64,000 nt of DNA from an uncultured Gemmatimonadaceae bacterium (GCA_963761305.1 CAVXGK010000002.1:1536001-1600000), one strand, 5' to 3'; counted from the stretch's first letter, positions 9,495 to 19,717 are shown. Translations and numbers: made by a program. Notes: generated from the letters alone by a model not told the origin.

Positions 9495-12132
9495 ACGCTG
9501 GCGCCGGTACCTGCGCTTCTGGGGCCCGAACGTCGACGGCGACATCGAGGACGAGCTTCGCTATCACCTCGACTTGCGAACACAATCGTTCGTCGCACGC
9601 GGGATGTCCCCCGCCGACGCGCGCCGCGCCGCACTCGAATCGTTCGGCGACCTCGACACCGTGACCGACGCGCTTCGGGAGCACGACCGCCGCACGCTTA
9701 GCCGCCACCGGAGAGCCGACATGCTCCAGGATCTCTCGCAGGATTTCCGCTACGCCGTGCGCCGACTCCGAGCCGAGCCCGGGTTCGCGGCCGCCGTGAT
9801 CCTCGTGCTCTCACTCGGCATCGGAGCCAACACGGCTGTGTTCAGCGCGATCGATGCCGCCTTCTTTCGTCCGCTGCCCTTCCCGCACGCCGATCGGCTG
9901 GTCTCGGTCGCGAACGTCAACATCCCGCTGGAGATGGCGGAGGGCCGGCCGAAGACCTCGGCATCGCTCGAGGATTTCGTCGCTGACTCGAGTACGTTCG
10001 CCCACGTCGGCGCGTACGCGAGCGGCGGGCTCAATCTCGCGGGCGGCGCCACGCCGGAACGCGTCACCATCACGTACGTCTCGTCGGGTTTCTTCGCCGC
10101 CCTCGGGCGTAGTGTTGCGCTCGGCCGCGTGCCCCTCCCGGGGGAGTTCGCGAAGAACGGACCCAAGGTGGTCGTACTGTCGCACGGACTCTGGCAGCGG
10201 CAGTTCGGCGGAGCGGAGCAGGTGCTTGGTCACACGGTCGACTTGAACAGCAAGACCTACCGTGTCGTCGGCGTGATGCCGGCAGACTTCACGTTTCCGA
10301 GCGGGACCGAGATCTGGATTCCGCTGCAGTTGCCGTTCGGCTTCGACATCATGGATGCGTTTCGGAACTACCTGCCCTCGTTCGTCGTCGCTCGGCTCGC
10401 GCCAGGCGTCACACCCGTACAGGCGGCGCAACATGCCGACGCCATTCGGCGACGCTTTGCTCCGCCCAAGGCGAACGAGACGCCGACCGGACATCTCGTG
10501 AGGCCGTTGCAGGTTGCGATGGTCGGAGACCGAAAGGCGGGCCTCCTGATTCTCGCGGCGAGCGCGCTGCTTCTCTTGTTGATCGCGTGCGCGAACGTCA
10601 CCAATCTCCTCCTCTCCCGCGCCGCGGCCCGCCAGCGGGAAATCGCGATTCGCTCGGTGCTCGGCGCGACGCGCATGCGCATCATTCGGCAGTTGACCGT
10701 CGAGAGCCTGTTGCTCGCCGGTGCCGGAGGCGCGGTGGCAATCGGCGTGGCGCTGCTTGCCGTCCGCGGTCTGGCCGCGACGCTGCCGGCGTCGCTCGCC
10801 GCGATTGCGCCACCGCAAGTCGACGGTCGAGTGCTCTCGTTCACGTTCGCGATCGCCGTTGCGACGAGCTTCGTGTTCGGCGTGGTGCCTGCGCTCGGCG
10901 CGTCGAAGCGCGACGCTGGTGAGGCGATGAAGGCCGCCGGCGCGGGGGGCGGCGGCTCACGTCGACGCACGAACGGCGCGCGCGGCACGCTGGTCGTCGC
11001 CGAGGTGGCGCTCGCCGTGATGTTGCTGGTGGGTGCGGGACTCATGATCGAAAGCCTGGACGCCCTGCTCCGAACCGATTCGGGCCTGCGCGCGGAACAT
11101 GTCGTGACCGGCCGTCTCGTGTTCTCGGGACCGCGCTACTTTGGCGTCGCACCGAAGACGGTGTTCTTCAACGACGTGCTTGACCGTCTGCGACACTCGC
11201 CTGACATCACCGCCGCCGCCGCGGTGAGCGCGTTGCCGATGGACCCCACGACCGGCATCGCATTGGGCATGGCGCCGGACGACGCGCCTGACGACACCAC
11301 GCGCCAAGGTTTTGGCTCCTATCTCATGGCGACGCCCGGCTACTTCACGACGATGGGCGTGCGCCTGCGCGGCAAAGACCTGCCCGCTGTCGCGGACACG
11401 AGTCGCCCCGTCGCCGTCATCAACGAAGCGCTGGCTCACACGCTCTGGCCGAACTCGGATGCGATCGGCCATCGCATTCGAATGGGAACGTGGACGCGCA
11501 CCGTCGTCGGCGTCGTGGACAACATTCGGACGAAAGGCCTCGACACGCCCGCGGACGGACAGATGTACTGGCCCATGTCTGAAGCATCGCAGGGCTACGC
11601 GTCCGTCGTCGCGCGCGGCACGAGCAACCCCGACGTCATGCTCGCGCGGCTGCGTGACGCCGTCCACGCCGTCGACCCAACCGAGCCGATGTACGCGCTG
11701 CAACCGATGAGCGACGTGATCGCCGCCACGGTCGCACCGCGCCGGACGAGTACGGTCTTGCTCACCCTGTTTGGCGGACTGGCCGTCGCGCTCGCCGCGG
11801 TCGGAGTGTTCGCCGTGCTCGCGTATGGAGTGGCGCAGCGCACGCGTGAGATCGGCGTGCGGGTCGCGCTCGGCGCTCAGCAGACAGACGTCCTTCGGCT
11901 CATCATGCGGGAGGGACTCGTGTTGACCGGCATCGGCGTCGTGCTCGGTTCGGCCGGCGCCTTCGCGCTCTCGAGATTCGTGAGCTCGATCCTCTACGAG
12001 GTCAGCCCGCACGACCCCGAGGTCTTCGTGGCGGCTCCAGTCGCCCTGGTCATCGTCGCGGCGGCGGCGACACTCGTGCCCGCATTGCGCGCGTCGAAGG
12101 TCGATCCGCTGACCGCGTTGCGGGCAGAGTAG
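9487..12132 (+). CDS. ADOP-type duplicated ABC permease (MacB/FtsX-like)
   Basis: DIEDELRYHL prefix, LGIGANTAVFS, LIACANVTNLLL, RTREIGVRVALGA, DPLTALRAE. Overlaps the padR stop. Confidence 0.92.
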   Translation: MSERWRRYLRFWGPNVDGDIEDELRYHLDLRTQSFVARGMSPADARRAALESFGDLDTVTDALREHDRRTLSRHRRADMLQDLSQDFRYAVRRLRAEPGFAAAVILVLSLGIGANTAVFSAIDAAFFRPLPFPHADRLVSVANVNIPLEMAEGRPKTSASLEDFVADSSTFAHVGAYASGGLNLAGGATPERVTITYVSSGFFAALGRSVALGRVPLPGEFAKNGPKVVVLSHGLWQRQFGGAEQVLGHTVDLNSKTYRVVGVMPADFTFPSGTEIWIPLQLPFGFDIMDAFRNYLPSFVVARLAPGVTPVQAAQHADAIRRRFAPPKANETPTGHLVRPLQVAMVGDRKAGLLILAASALLLLLIACANVTNLLLSRAAARQREIAIRSVLGATRMRIIRQLTVESLLLAGAGGAVAIGVALLAVRGLAATLPASLAAIAPPQVDGRVLSFTFAIAVATSFVFGVVPALGASKRDAGEAMKAAGAGGGGSRRRTNGARGTLVVAEVALAVMLLVGAGLMIESLDALLRTDSGLRAEHVVTGRLVFSGPRYFGVAPKTVFFNDVLDRLRHSPDITAAAAVSALPMDPTTGIALGMAPDDAPDDTTRQGFGSYLMATPGYFTTMGVRLRGKDLPAVADTSRPVAVINEALAHTLWPNSDAIGHRIRMGTWTRTVVGVVDNIRTKGLDTPADGQMYWPMSEASQGYASVVARGTSNPDVMLARLRDAVHAVDPTEPMYALQPMSDVIAATVAPRRTSTVLLTLFGGLAVALAAVGVFAVLAYGVAQRTREIGVRVALGAQQTDVLRLIMREGLVLTGIGVVLGSAGAFALSRFVSSILYEVSPHDPEVFVAAPVALVIVAAAATLVPALRASKVDPLTALRAE

Positions 12133-12162
12133 CGCGTCAACGATGACGGTGTTTATCCGACC

Positions 12163-12423
12163 ATGAATCACCCCGCGGATCGACGCGTCGGACCTGGGTT
12201 CAGAGTGCTGCTGGCCGTCATCGGAGCTGCGGCCGTGGTAGGGGCGCTGATCGTCGTGATAGCGGAGGTGCGGACCGCGATTGGCGGCGCACGGGTTGTC
12301 CCGGCGCTTTCAATCGCCGCGTTTTGCGCGGTCATCGTCGGTGGCGGTGCGCTACTGATCCGAGGTGCCCTGCGCGGTCGCATCCGATTTCGACGAATGC
12401 GACGCGAGCGCGGAGTTCGCTGA
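12163..12423 (+). CDS. Small two-TM hypothetical protein
   Basis: Two hydrophobic helices and a basic tail; lies between the permease and a terminator. Confidence 0.55.
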   Translation: MNHPADRRVGPGFRVLLAVIGAAAVVGALIVVIAEVRTAIGGARVVPALSIAAFCAVIVGGGALLIRGALRGRIRFRRMRRERGVR

Positions 12424-12515
12424 CTCAGACGGAGGCTAGGCTCCGATCTCGGGTCCACCACGTGGCGCCGACACGACTGATTTCATCGGGCCGGCGCCGA
12501 TGGCGAATTTGCGCG

Positions 12516-12558
12516 AAACGAGGCGGGCCAGCGAATCTCCGCTGGCCCGCCTCGTTTT
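12516..12558. terminator. Intrinsic terminator, probably bidirectional
   Basis: Perfect 18-bp stem AAACGAGGCGGGCCAGCG / CGCTGGCCCGCCTCGTTT between convergent genes. Confidence 0.8.
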
Positions 12559-12584
12559 CTCTGCGGACCGCGTAACGCGTCAGC

Positions 12585-14189
12585 TCACGGGGCGAATGTG
12601 CCCGGGGCGAACGCGACGCCGCGCAACACCTCGCCGAAAGCGGCGGCTCGGACGACGGAGAACGTCTCCTTCGCCGCGACACTCGCGTCCGTGTTGGCCA
12701 CGACATCGGTGATGCCGACGAGCAAGTTCGGATCGGCACCCTGATCACCGTTGCCACTCACCGTCGAGGTGATTCCCCAGATCGTGACTGTGCCGTCGCC
12801 GTTCACGCGGCCGGTGATGTTGCGCAGCCCGGCGGTGATCGGGTCCCACTTCACGCCCGTCGCCTCGTTCACTTGCCCCAGCGGGTAATTCGCGTCCCCA
12901 GGGAACGCGTACGTTGCACCGAGACCCAGGCCGGTCTGAAGCGTGTAGGCGAGCTTCCAGGCGCCCGCTTTCGTATCGAGGACCCATTTCTGGAGACCGG
13001 CGTGCAATGAGAGTACGCCCGCGTCGGCGAGGTTGCCGTCGCCCTCATCCGCTACATACAGGGTGGTCGAGTTGGCGAACCACACACCGAATGGAAACGC
13101 CGGCATCTGCGGGGCCTTGATCTTCGAGTTCAACGTGGTTGGGAAGCCGTTCAGGATGCACATGTTGCTCGGCAACCCGTTCGCGGCGACCGTCGACGGA
13201 TCGTAGGCGAGCGGCGCGACTGGCAGTGACGCCCCCGGCATCGGCAGGCCGGACCCGGCCGGGCACACGCCGTCCTTGGACGTGTCGATGAAGTAGACGG
13301 TGTTCACCCCGTTGCCGCCGCTGCCCTTCGTGAGGTACACGACATCATCGAAGACTGTGAGACCGCGGAAATTGTCGTCCTTTCCAACCTTGTCGGGCTT
13401 CGCGCCCAGCTGCGTGACGCTGAAGCTGCCGAGCGGGGTGGGCACATCGGGCGTCTGGGCGGCGAGGGCTTTCACTTCGGCCGGAATGAACTGTGTTCCA
13501 GCGCCGAGCACGATGTTGACCGGTTGCGGGTTTGAGCCGTTCCCCGCGTTACCGGCGGTGAAATAGGTGTTTGAGCCGTCGGTGTTGTGCAGGACCGCCG
13601 CCCGGCCGTTGTTGCCGCTGTAGGCGTTGGTTTTGGTAAAGCGGAACTTGCCCTTCGCGTCCACCTGCGCAACGAGCCGGTACGCGAAGCCCGGATCGGT
13701 GTTGGTGGCGTCGAATGCGAGTGGCGTGTTGGCGTTCGAGACGTCGACCGCGTTAATCGGGGCCAGATACCCCATGAACGTCAGTTGCTCCCCGTCCGTG
13801 GACAGGTTGAGCGCGAGCTCCGACTTCGACGAAAAGCTCGTGACCATCTGGTCCTTCGTCGGCGGAACGCCATGCTGACTGCTGTTGGGCACTTCGAGCG
13901 TGTTGACCAGGAGCCCTGCCGTCGTGATTTGGTCGAGCAGGATGCGCGAGGTCAGCCCAAAGTTCGCGTCGTTGAGATCCTGATTCCAAACGAACGGGTA
14001 GGCCTCGAACGCCGGGTTCGGCGTAAACACGCTTCTCGAGACGACGAGATTGCCCGGCTTGAAGAAATCGCTGTTGCCCTGGGCCGTCGCGGACGCGCTT
14101 CCCGCGACGCTCGCGAACGCGACACACGCGCCCGAGAGGAGGATCTTGGTTGAGGTGTGCGAACGACGATGCGACCGCTGGCGGTTCAT
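12585..14189 (-). CDS. Secreted hypothetical beta-rich protein
   Basis: Signal peptide, then GNLVVSR, SSKSELALNLS, AYSGNNGRAA, TLYVADEGDG. The 14630 start in the ORF track overlaps the next gene and was not used. Confidence 0.75.
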   Translation of the reverse strand: MNRQRSHRRSHTSTKILLSGACVAFASVAGSASATAQGNSDFFKPGNLVVSRSVFTPNPAFEAYPFVWNQDLNDANFGLTSRILLDQITTAGLLVNTLEVPNSSQHGVPPTKDQMVTSFSSKSELALNLSTDGEQLTFMGYLAPINAVDVSNANTPLAFDATNTDPGFAYRLVAQVDAKGKFRFTKTNAYSGNNGRAAVLHNTDGSNTYFTAGNAGNGSNPQPVNIVLGAGTQFIPAEVKALAAQTPDVPTPLGSFSVTQLGAKPDKVGKDDNFRGLTVFDDVVYLTKGSGGNGVNTVYFIDTSKDGVCPAGSGLPMPGASLPVAPLAYDPSTVAANGLPSNMCILNGFPTTLNSKIKAPQMPAFPFGVWFANSTTLYVADEGDGNLADAGVLSLHAGLQKWVLDTKAGAWKLAYTLQTGLGLGATYAFPGDANYPLGQVNEATGVKWDPITAGLRNITGRVNGDGTVTIWGITSTVSGNGDQGADPNLLVGITDVVANTDASVAAKETFSVVRAAAFGEVLRGVAFAPGTFAP

Positions 14190-14398
14190 GTAGGATGCTC
14201 CCTGCGCTCGGCGCGCCCGAAAGAGTGTGTGCGGGTGGGTTGCCGAGCTTATCCGCGCTGTGTGACGGCGCGGCAACGGGAACAGCGCCTGTTGCAACGG
14301 CCTCGTCACGATGACGAGTCCGTTGCAACGTATTAATTCACATACTGTGAAGTTCTCTTTGTGCGTCGTCGGCTGTCCGCCGGCCGACAGTTTCGACG

Positions 14399-14935
14399 CT
14401 ATCGTCGCTTCTTGGCGCCGCGCGTCGCGCGCTTGGTTGGCTTGGTCGGCTTGGTCGGCTTGGTCGGCTTGGTCGGCTTGGTCGGCTTCTTCGCTGCGGC
14501 CTTGACGGCTTTGCGCGCGCTCTTCTTGGCGGCTGGCGCCTTCTTCGCCGTCGGCGCGGGCCGCGACGCCGGTCCGATCTGGTGCAGCCCGATCAGATTG
14601 TTCTCTGGATCGAGGAATCCGGCGATCCATCCCATGCCCTGACCGATCTCCTGCTTCGGCAGCGCGATGCGCGCGCCGGCCGCTTGCGCCGCCGCGAGCA
14701 TGCGATCGATCGAATCGACGCTGACGTAGTTCGTGAACGGCTGCCCCGGCATCTGCCGCTTCATCAGACCGCCGTTGATGCCCGCGTCGCCGTCCTTCGC
14801 CATCACCATGAAGTACTCCTGCCCCGGCGCGGAGGGGGCCGACTCGAACTTCCAGCCAAAGAGCTTTTGATAGAACGCCTTTGCGCGTTCGACGTCGTCC
14901 GCGGGAATCTCGAAATGCTGGATCACGTTCGGCAT
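14399..14935 (-). CDS. VOC family protein with Lys/Ala/Pro-rich basic tail
   Basis: HFEIPADDVERAKAFY..LFGW, GINGGLMKR, DPENNLIGL. GAGG RBS. Confidence 0.88.
   Translation of the reverse strand: MPNVIQHFEIPADDVERAKAFYQKLFGWKFESAPSAPGQEYFMVMAKDGDAGINGGLMKRQMPGQPFTNYVSVDSIDRMLAAAQAAGARIALPKQEIGQGMGWIAGFLDPENNLIGLHQIGPASRPAPTAKKAPAAKKSARKAVKAAAKKPTKPTKPTKPTKPTKPTKRATRGAKKRR
14432..14488 (-). repeat. 9-bp tandem repeat (CTTGGTCGG)x6 encoding (KPT)n
   Basis: Directly visible; one copy reads CTTGGTTGG. Confidence 0.9.
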
Positions 14936-14959
14936 GGCGACTTCCTCTTGGGCCTTCAC

Positions 14960-16897
14960 TCAGGGAGACAGATGACCATCTGGGACCTTCATCTTAACAC
15001 GGGCCGGTCCAACACTCGAATCGGTGAGCGTCTGCAGGAAGGCGATGACCGCGTCGCGCTCGGACGGCGTGAGGTGCAGCGAATCCGTCGCGAGCGTCTG
15101 GTTCGACAGCCGGCCCTGGGCGCCCCCACCCTCGTAGAAGTCCATCACTTGCCGAAGCGTGAGGAACGTCCCGTTGTGCATGTAGGGAGCGGTGAGGGCC
15201 ACGTTGCGAAGCGTGGGGACCTTGAAGGCGCGGATGTGGTCGGGGCGGTGGTCGATAGCGGCCCGACCGGAGTCGGCATCGAACGTTGTCGCCGTGGGTG
15301 ACGCCGGCGTGCCGATGACCTCCGCGTCCGACCCCACGTAGAGCGGCGGCGCCACGCCGCTGAACAGCGGAGCGAAGTGGCATGTACCGCACCCGGCCTT
15401 TCCCATGAACAGATTGAATCCGCGGCGTTCCTCGGTCGTGATCGCGGCTGTGTCGCCGCGCACCGCGCGATCGAAGCGCGTGCTCAGTCCGATGAGCGAC
15501 CTCTCATACGTCGCGAGCGCCTGACGGAGGCGCAGCGCGGTGACGCCAGCGGCATCTTCGGCACGATCGCCAAACGCGCGCGCGAACTGGGTTCGGTAGC
15601 TCGGATCCGCCGCCACCCTCGCCGCCGCCGTGTCGATCGAGCTCGCCATCTCCGGGCGACTGTGCAGTACAAGGATGATCTGATCCTCGAGCGCCACCGC
15701 GCGTTCGTCGGCGAACTGCGCCGGCTGGAGTGCGGCGTTGATGAGCGTCGGCGTGTTGCGGGGCACGCGCAATCCCGGCTCGATGCCGGCCGGCGTTTGG
15801 CGCCCGTCGGTGAAGGCACGCGACGGGACGTGACACGACGCGCAGCTTCGTGTTCGCGGACCGGAGAGACGCGGGTCCGTGAACAGCCGCTCACCCAGCG
15901 CGATCATCGCCGGCGATGGCGCTGGGGACGCGCGCGGAGCGTACGCGTGAACGTCGAACGCGTCGGCTGCGTACGGCGAGACCGCGGCTGCCCGCAATGG
16001 CCTCGGCATCAAGATCGGGACGACGTGTACGGCCAGCCGAAGCGAATCGAGGGCAACCGCCGCCGCATTCGCCGAACCGGCGAGGAATCCGAGCCGGTCG
16101 AAGGCCGCGAAATCCGGGCGCGACCTAAGGTACGCGCTCGCCGTGGCAAGCGACGAATCCAGTCGTCGTCGCTGCGCAGATACGGCCGGCCAACGCGCGC
16201 CCACTACCATGTACAGGCGTTTGATCCCGTCCAGGGCCTCGGCCGACTCGAGCATCGCATCCTTCGAGTGAGGCGCATCGAAGCCGGCGATACCGAGCGT
16301 CGTCACGCGAACCAACTCGAGTCGCGTCGCCTCGACGACCTGCGCGTCGGTGGGTTGGAATCCCGCCGCCAACCCGCGCACGCGTCCGACGAGCGGACGC
16401 ATGCCGTCGATGATCGTGATGGCGCTGTCGGTTTGCGCGTGCGACCCCGCTCCACCGCCCCCCTTCCACAGCAACGATTCGAGCGCCGGAAACCCACTCG
16501 CGGCCAGGAACGACGGCGGCGGCGCGTCTTCGTCATCCACTTCCTGCCGTCGCGAGTTGAACGCCGCCGCGAGTGCCGGCGCGTAGAACTCGACGACGCC
16601 TTCGAGATGCTTGTATTGAGCCCGGGCGTGACGGAATACGTCACGCACCACCGGCGCCGGTTCCCCGTTGGGCGAGCCGCGCGGGGCGGTCAGGAAAGCT
16701 CGGCGCAACTGCACGAGGGATGAATCGAGCGAATCCGCCTGAGCGAGCACGAGCCGTCGCACGTCGTCGCCCGCATCACCGCGTCGCGAGGCGCGACAGG
16801 CGACGATGCCGGCGCTGCCCAACGCGAGAACCGCCGCGGCCAGGATTGCGCCGCGGCGGCTCGCCAATCGGGAGGACTCCCCGCCTCCCGCAATCAC
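14960..16897 (-). CDS. Di-heme cytochrome c peroxidase/MauG family protein with N-terminal helical extension
   Basis: LGERLFTDPRLS, CASCH, RNTPTL, CGTCH, FKVPTLRNVALTAPYMHNG. GTG start is next to the upstream stop. Confidence 0.88.
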   Translation of the reverse strand: MIAGGGESSRLASRRGAILAAAVLALGSAGIVACRASRRGDAGDDVRRLVLAQADSLDSSLVQLRRAFLTAPRGSPNGEPAPVVRDVFRHARAQYKHLEGVVEFYAPALAAAFNSRRQEVDDEDAPPPSFLAASGFPALESLLWKGGGGAGSHAQTDSAITIIDGMRPLVGRVRGLAAGFQPTDAQVVEATRLELVRVTTLGIAGFDAPHSKDAMLESAEALDGIKRLYMVVGARWPAVSAQRRRLDSSLATASAYLRSRPDFAAFDRLGFLAGSANAAAVALDSLRLAVHVVPILMPRPLRAAAVSPYAADAFDVHAYAPRASPAPSPAMIALGERLFTDPRLSGPRTRSCASCHVPSRAFTDGRQTPAGIEPGLRVPRNTPTLINAALQPAQFADERAVALEDQIILVLHSRPEMASSIDTAAARVAADPSYRTQFARAFGDRAEDAAGVTALRLRQALATYERSLIGLSTRFDRAVRGDTAAITTEERRGFNLFMGKAGCGTCHFAPLFSGVAPPLYVGSDAEVIGTPASPTATTFDADSGRAAIDHRPDHIRAFKVPTLRNVALTAPYMHNGTFLTLRQVMDFYEGGGAQGRLSNQTLATDSLHLTPSERDAVIAFLQTLTDSSVGPARVKMKVPDGHLSP

Positions 16898-16898
16898 A

Positions 16899-17966
16899 CT
16901 ACTTCCACGTGATCTCGACCGAGTCGCGCAGCGTGGTCGCGCCAGTGGGCGCCTGCGTGTATGTCGCGGCAGGCACATCTCGACCGTAGCTCTTCGAGAA
17001 GACCCGGCCGCTATTCGTAACGGTGATTAGCGTGTATCCGAAGTACGTTCCCGTGTGGGTGAGAGTCAGGTCGGCCGTGGCGTCGATCGGCGTGCCGCCG
17101 TTCCCGTTGATGATCATCCACGTATGCCCGGTCGGCTGGCTGCGGTAGTAGACGTGGTTGTGCGCCGAGAACATGCCTTCGACCTGGTTGTTGTTGAGCG
17201 ACGTCCAGAAGGCATCGCGCGCCACTTGATCCATCACCAGCCCGTCGGTCGGCACCGTCGGGTACGGATACGCCGGCTTGTGCGCGATGACGAAGATGTG
17301 CTTGGCCCCCTTCGAACGGGCCGCGGCGAGATCGCTCGCGACCCAGGCGTTCGGCACGTGCCAATCCTTGCCGACCGGATCGGTGTTGAGTGCCAGGAAA
17401 TGAGCGTCCTTGAAGTCGAACGAATAGCTCAAGTGACTCTGGTCACTCTGCAACGAATCGGGGCCGCCGATACCCGGGCCGTTCCCGCCGCGCGTGATGT
17501 AGGCCGCCATGTCGCGTAGCCACGTTCGCTCGCCCGGCGGATACGCGATTTTCGCGAGGTTGTCGGTTTCGTGATTGCCCGGCAGCGTGATCAGCTCGAT
17601 GCCCGAGGCCGGCAACGGCGACGCCTGGTACAGCGAGATCCAGCCCTTCAACTCGCGATCGACCACGGTGCTGTCGTTCGTATAGCCGAAGACGAGGTCA
17701 CCGGCAAAAAACAAGAAGTTCGGCTTCGGGGTGATCGCTGCCACGTCGGAGAAGGTGCGGTTCAGCTCCTGTACGTTCGCGGTGCTGACAACACCGAGGG
17801 ATTCCGTGGCCGCGACTCGGTTGCAGCCGAGGATCACGAACGAATAGGCCACACCGTTCGGATCCAGGGTGGGACCCGTAGACGAATCGGATGAGCAGGA
17901 GACAGCGACGACGACGACGGCGACCGCCATGGCTGCCATGGCGATAATGCGGGTTGGCGCGGTCAT
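16899..17966 (-). CDS. Calcineurin-like metallophosphoesterase lipoprotein
   Basis: AGDLV, PGNHE, AHKP, SAHNH; AVSC lipobox. Confidence 0.85.
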   Translation of the reverse strand: MTAPTRIIAMAAMAVAVVVVAVSCSSDSSTGPTLDPNGVAYSFVILGCNRVAATESLGVVSTANVQELNRTFSDVAAITPKPNFLFFAGDLVFGYTNDSTVVDRELKGWISLYQASPLPASGIELITLPGNHETDNLAKIAYPPGERTWLRDMAAYITRGGNGPGIGGPDSLQSDQSHLSYSFDFKDAHFLALNTDPVGKDWHVPNAWVASDLAAARSKGAKHIFVIAHKPAYPYPTVPTDGLVMDQVARDAFWTSLNNNQVEGMFSAHNHVYYRSQPTGHTWMIINGNGGTPIDATADLTLTHTGTYFGYTLITVTNSGRVFSKSYGRDVPAATYTQAPTGATTLRDSVEITWK

Positions 17967-18054
17967 TGAGGCTCTGGTGAAGGCGTGAAGGTTGTCGAAC
18001 AAACGCGACCGTTCCACACGCTATTCGCCAAAGTCGACGTCGGTGTGACGAAGA

Positions 18055-18070
18055 GTCACACAGTCGTCAC
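18055..18070 (-). promoter_or_regulatory. Pho-box-like direct repeat GTCAC-N6-GTCAC (plus-strand reading)
   Basis: GTCAC at 18055 and 18066, upstream of the metallophosphoesterase. Confidence 0.5.
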
Positions 18071-18103
18071 AATCGCGGCGAGCACGCCGCATGGTCTCGC
18101 GAG

Positions 18104-19717
18104 CTACTTCCGGTCCGCGGCATGCACGGGGCGGCCGATCACCTCGGGAATCGCCGAACCGTCGAGGCGCTCCGTGGGCTTCACACCGATCAATGCGGCG
18201 AGCGTCGGCGCGATGTCCACCGTCCGCACCAGCCGCTCGTGGCGACCGGGCGGAATGCTCGCGGCGATGAAGGAGATCGGCACTGACAAGGTCAGCGCGC
18301 TCGGAGTCCCGTGCTCCGCAGTCGATTTCCCCGGCGACCAGATGAATCCGGGCTTGGTCGCGAACACGGCGAGATACCCGAGACTCGGCGGAAGGCTGCG
18401 GCGCCAGCGCACCGCCGCGCTGTCGGACGACGTCGCCAGCGTCGCCGCGGTGAACCCGGCGCGCACGCCCGCTCGCTTTGTGGCTTCGGCGACGATCGCC
18501 GAGGCGAGACTGTCGGCGTTGATGCCGCGCGCGCGCAGCGCCCCGACGTCGCCGAACATCAAGCCATTGTCGAAGTCGATGCTGAAATCCGTCGCGTACC
18601 GCGCCTCGAGCTCTTGCTCGACGGTGCTCGAGATGTCGCTGAGCCAGATGCGGCCGCCGTGCCCCGTCTTCGGCACCTCGAGCTCCGGAAGCGGCGCCAC
18701 ACCGTGGTCGCCCGTCAGCGCGTAGATGATGCGCGCGGACGGCACTTCCTGTTCGAGCGCGCGCATGAACTGTCCGAGCCACCGGTCGACGCGCAGCACC
18801 TGGTCGTGGATCTCGCGCGAGTCGGGTCCGAAGGCGTGTCCAATGGCGTCGGTCGTGGAAAGCGAGATGGACAAGAGATCCGGCATCGTGTTCGGTCCGG
18901 ACGACGCGAGCTGCCGCTTGCCGATCCCGGTGCGTCTCACGCCCTCGAGCGCGAACGCCAACGTGACCGAGTCCATCTGAGGATATGACTGTAGTTTCGC
19001 CGCGATCTGCGACGCCGGCGGCAACACATGAGGAAACACGAAATCGGTGCCCGCATTTTCGACCCACACCGAATCGGGCTCGGGATACTGGTCGGCCGGC
19101 AGCAGAAGATCCCATTTCTGCCCCGCCAGCCGCTCGAGGTGGAGCGTGTCGTCGAACGCCCGAACCCAGGTCGGCAGCGTGTCGGCGTAGTAGCGGCTCG
19201 TGGTGAATTTTCCGTCGGAGAACCAATACACGTCGCCGCGCGCGCGGCCGACGGTGAGAATCGCGCCACGATCCTTGCGCGACACGGAGAGCACGCGCAC
19301 TTCGGGATCACGCACGCGCATCCAATCGTAGAGCGTCGTGCCGACGAACCGGCGAGGCGATGCGCCGATCGCGTTCGATCCGATCAGCGGCGAGAGCTCG
19401 TCCGGTACGCCGCGGTTGTTCGAGATGATTTCCGTGTGCACCGGCTCGCGGCCCGACAACATCGTCGCATGCCCGGGCGCGGTCTCGGTGATCGAATGAT
19501 CCTGCCACGCGTGCGGGAAGAAGGCCGAGTTGTTTCGGAATCGTGCCAGGCCGCCGGTCAACTGCGACGAAAAGCGGTCTAGATAATCGCCGCGGAACTG
19601 ATCGACGGCGATGAAGACGACGAGCGCCGGTCTCTCACTGCGACCGGCGGTCTGCGCATGCGCGGTTGGCGATGCGTGGGCAAGGACAACGAGTGTGGCG
19701 GCGGCGGAGAGACGCAT
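18104..19717 (-). CDS. Alkaline phosphatase superfamily enzyme (PafA/NPP-like)
   Basis: AVDQFRGDY, TETAPGHAT, SRKDRGA, STTDAIGHAFGP, TGDHG, EHG. Confidence 0.9.
   Translation of the reverse strand: MRLSAAATLVVLAHASPTAHAQTAGRSERPALVVFIAVDQFRGDYLDRFSSQLTGGLARFRNNSAFFPHAWQDHSITETAPGHATMLSGREPVHTEIISNNRGVPDELSPLIGSNAIGASPRRFVGTTLYDWMRVRDPEVRVLSVSRKDRGAILTVGRARGDVYWFSDGKFTTSRYYADTLPTWVRAFDDTLHLERLAGQKWDLLLPADQYPEPDSVWVENAGTDFVFPHVLPPASQIAAKLQSYPQMDSVTLAFALEGVRRTGIGKRQLASSGPNTMPDLLSISLSTTDAIGHAFGPDSREIHDQVLRVDRWLGQFMRALEQEVPSARIIYALTGDHGVAPLPELEVPKTGHGGRIWLSDISSTVEQELEARYATDFSIDFDNGLMFGDVGALRARGINADSLASAIVAEATKRAGVRAGFTAATLATSSDSAAVRWRRSLPPSLGYLAVFATKPGFIWSPGKSTAEHGTPSALTLSVPISFIAASIPPGRHERLVRTVDIAPTLAALIGVKPTERLDGSAIPEVIGRPVHAADRK

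Noticed and set aside
18043..18061. CRP/FNR site GTGTGAC-N5-GTCACAC
   Set aside because: TGTGA and TCACA are 7 bp apart rather than 6, and the right half belongs to the GTCAC direct repeat shared with two other promoters.
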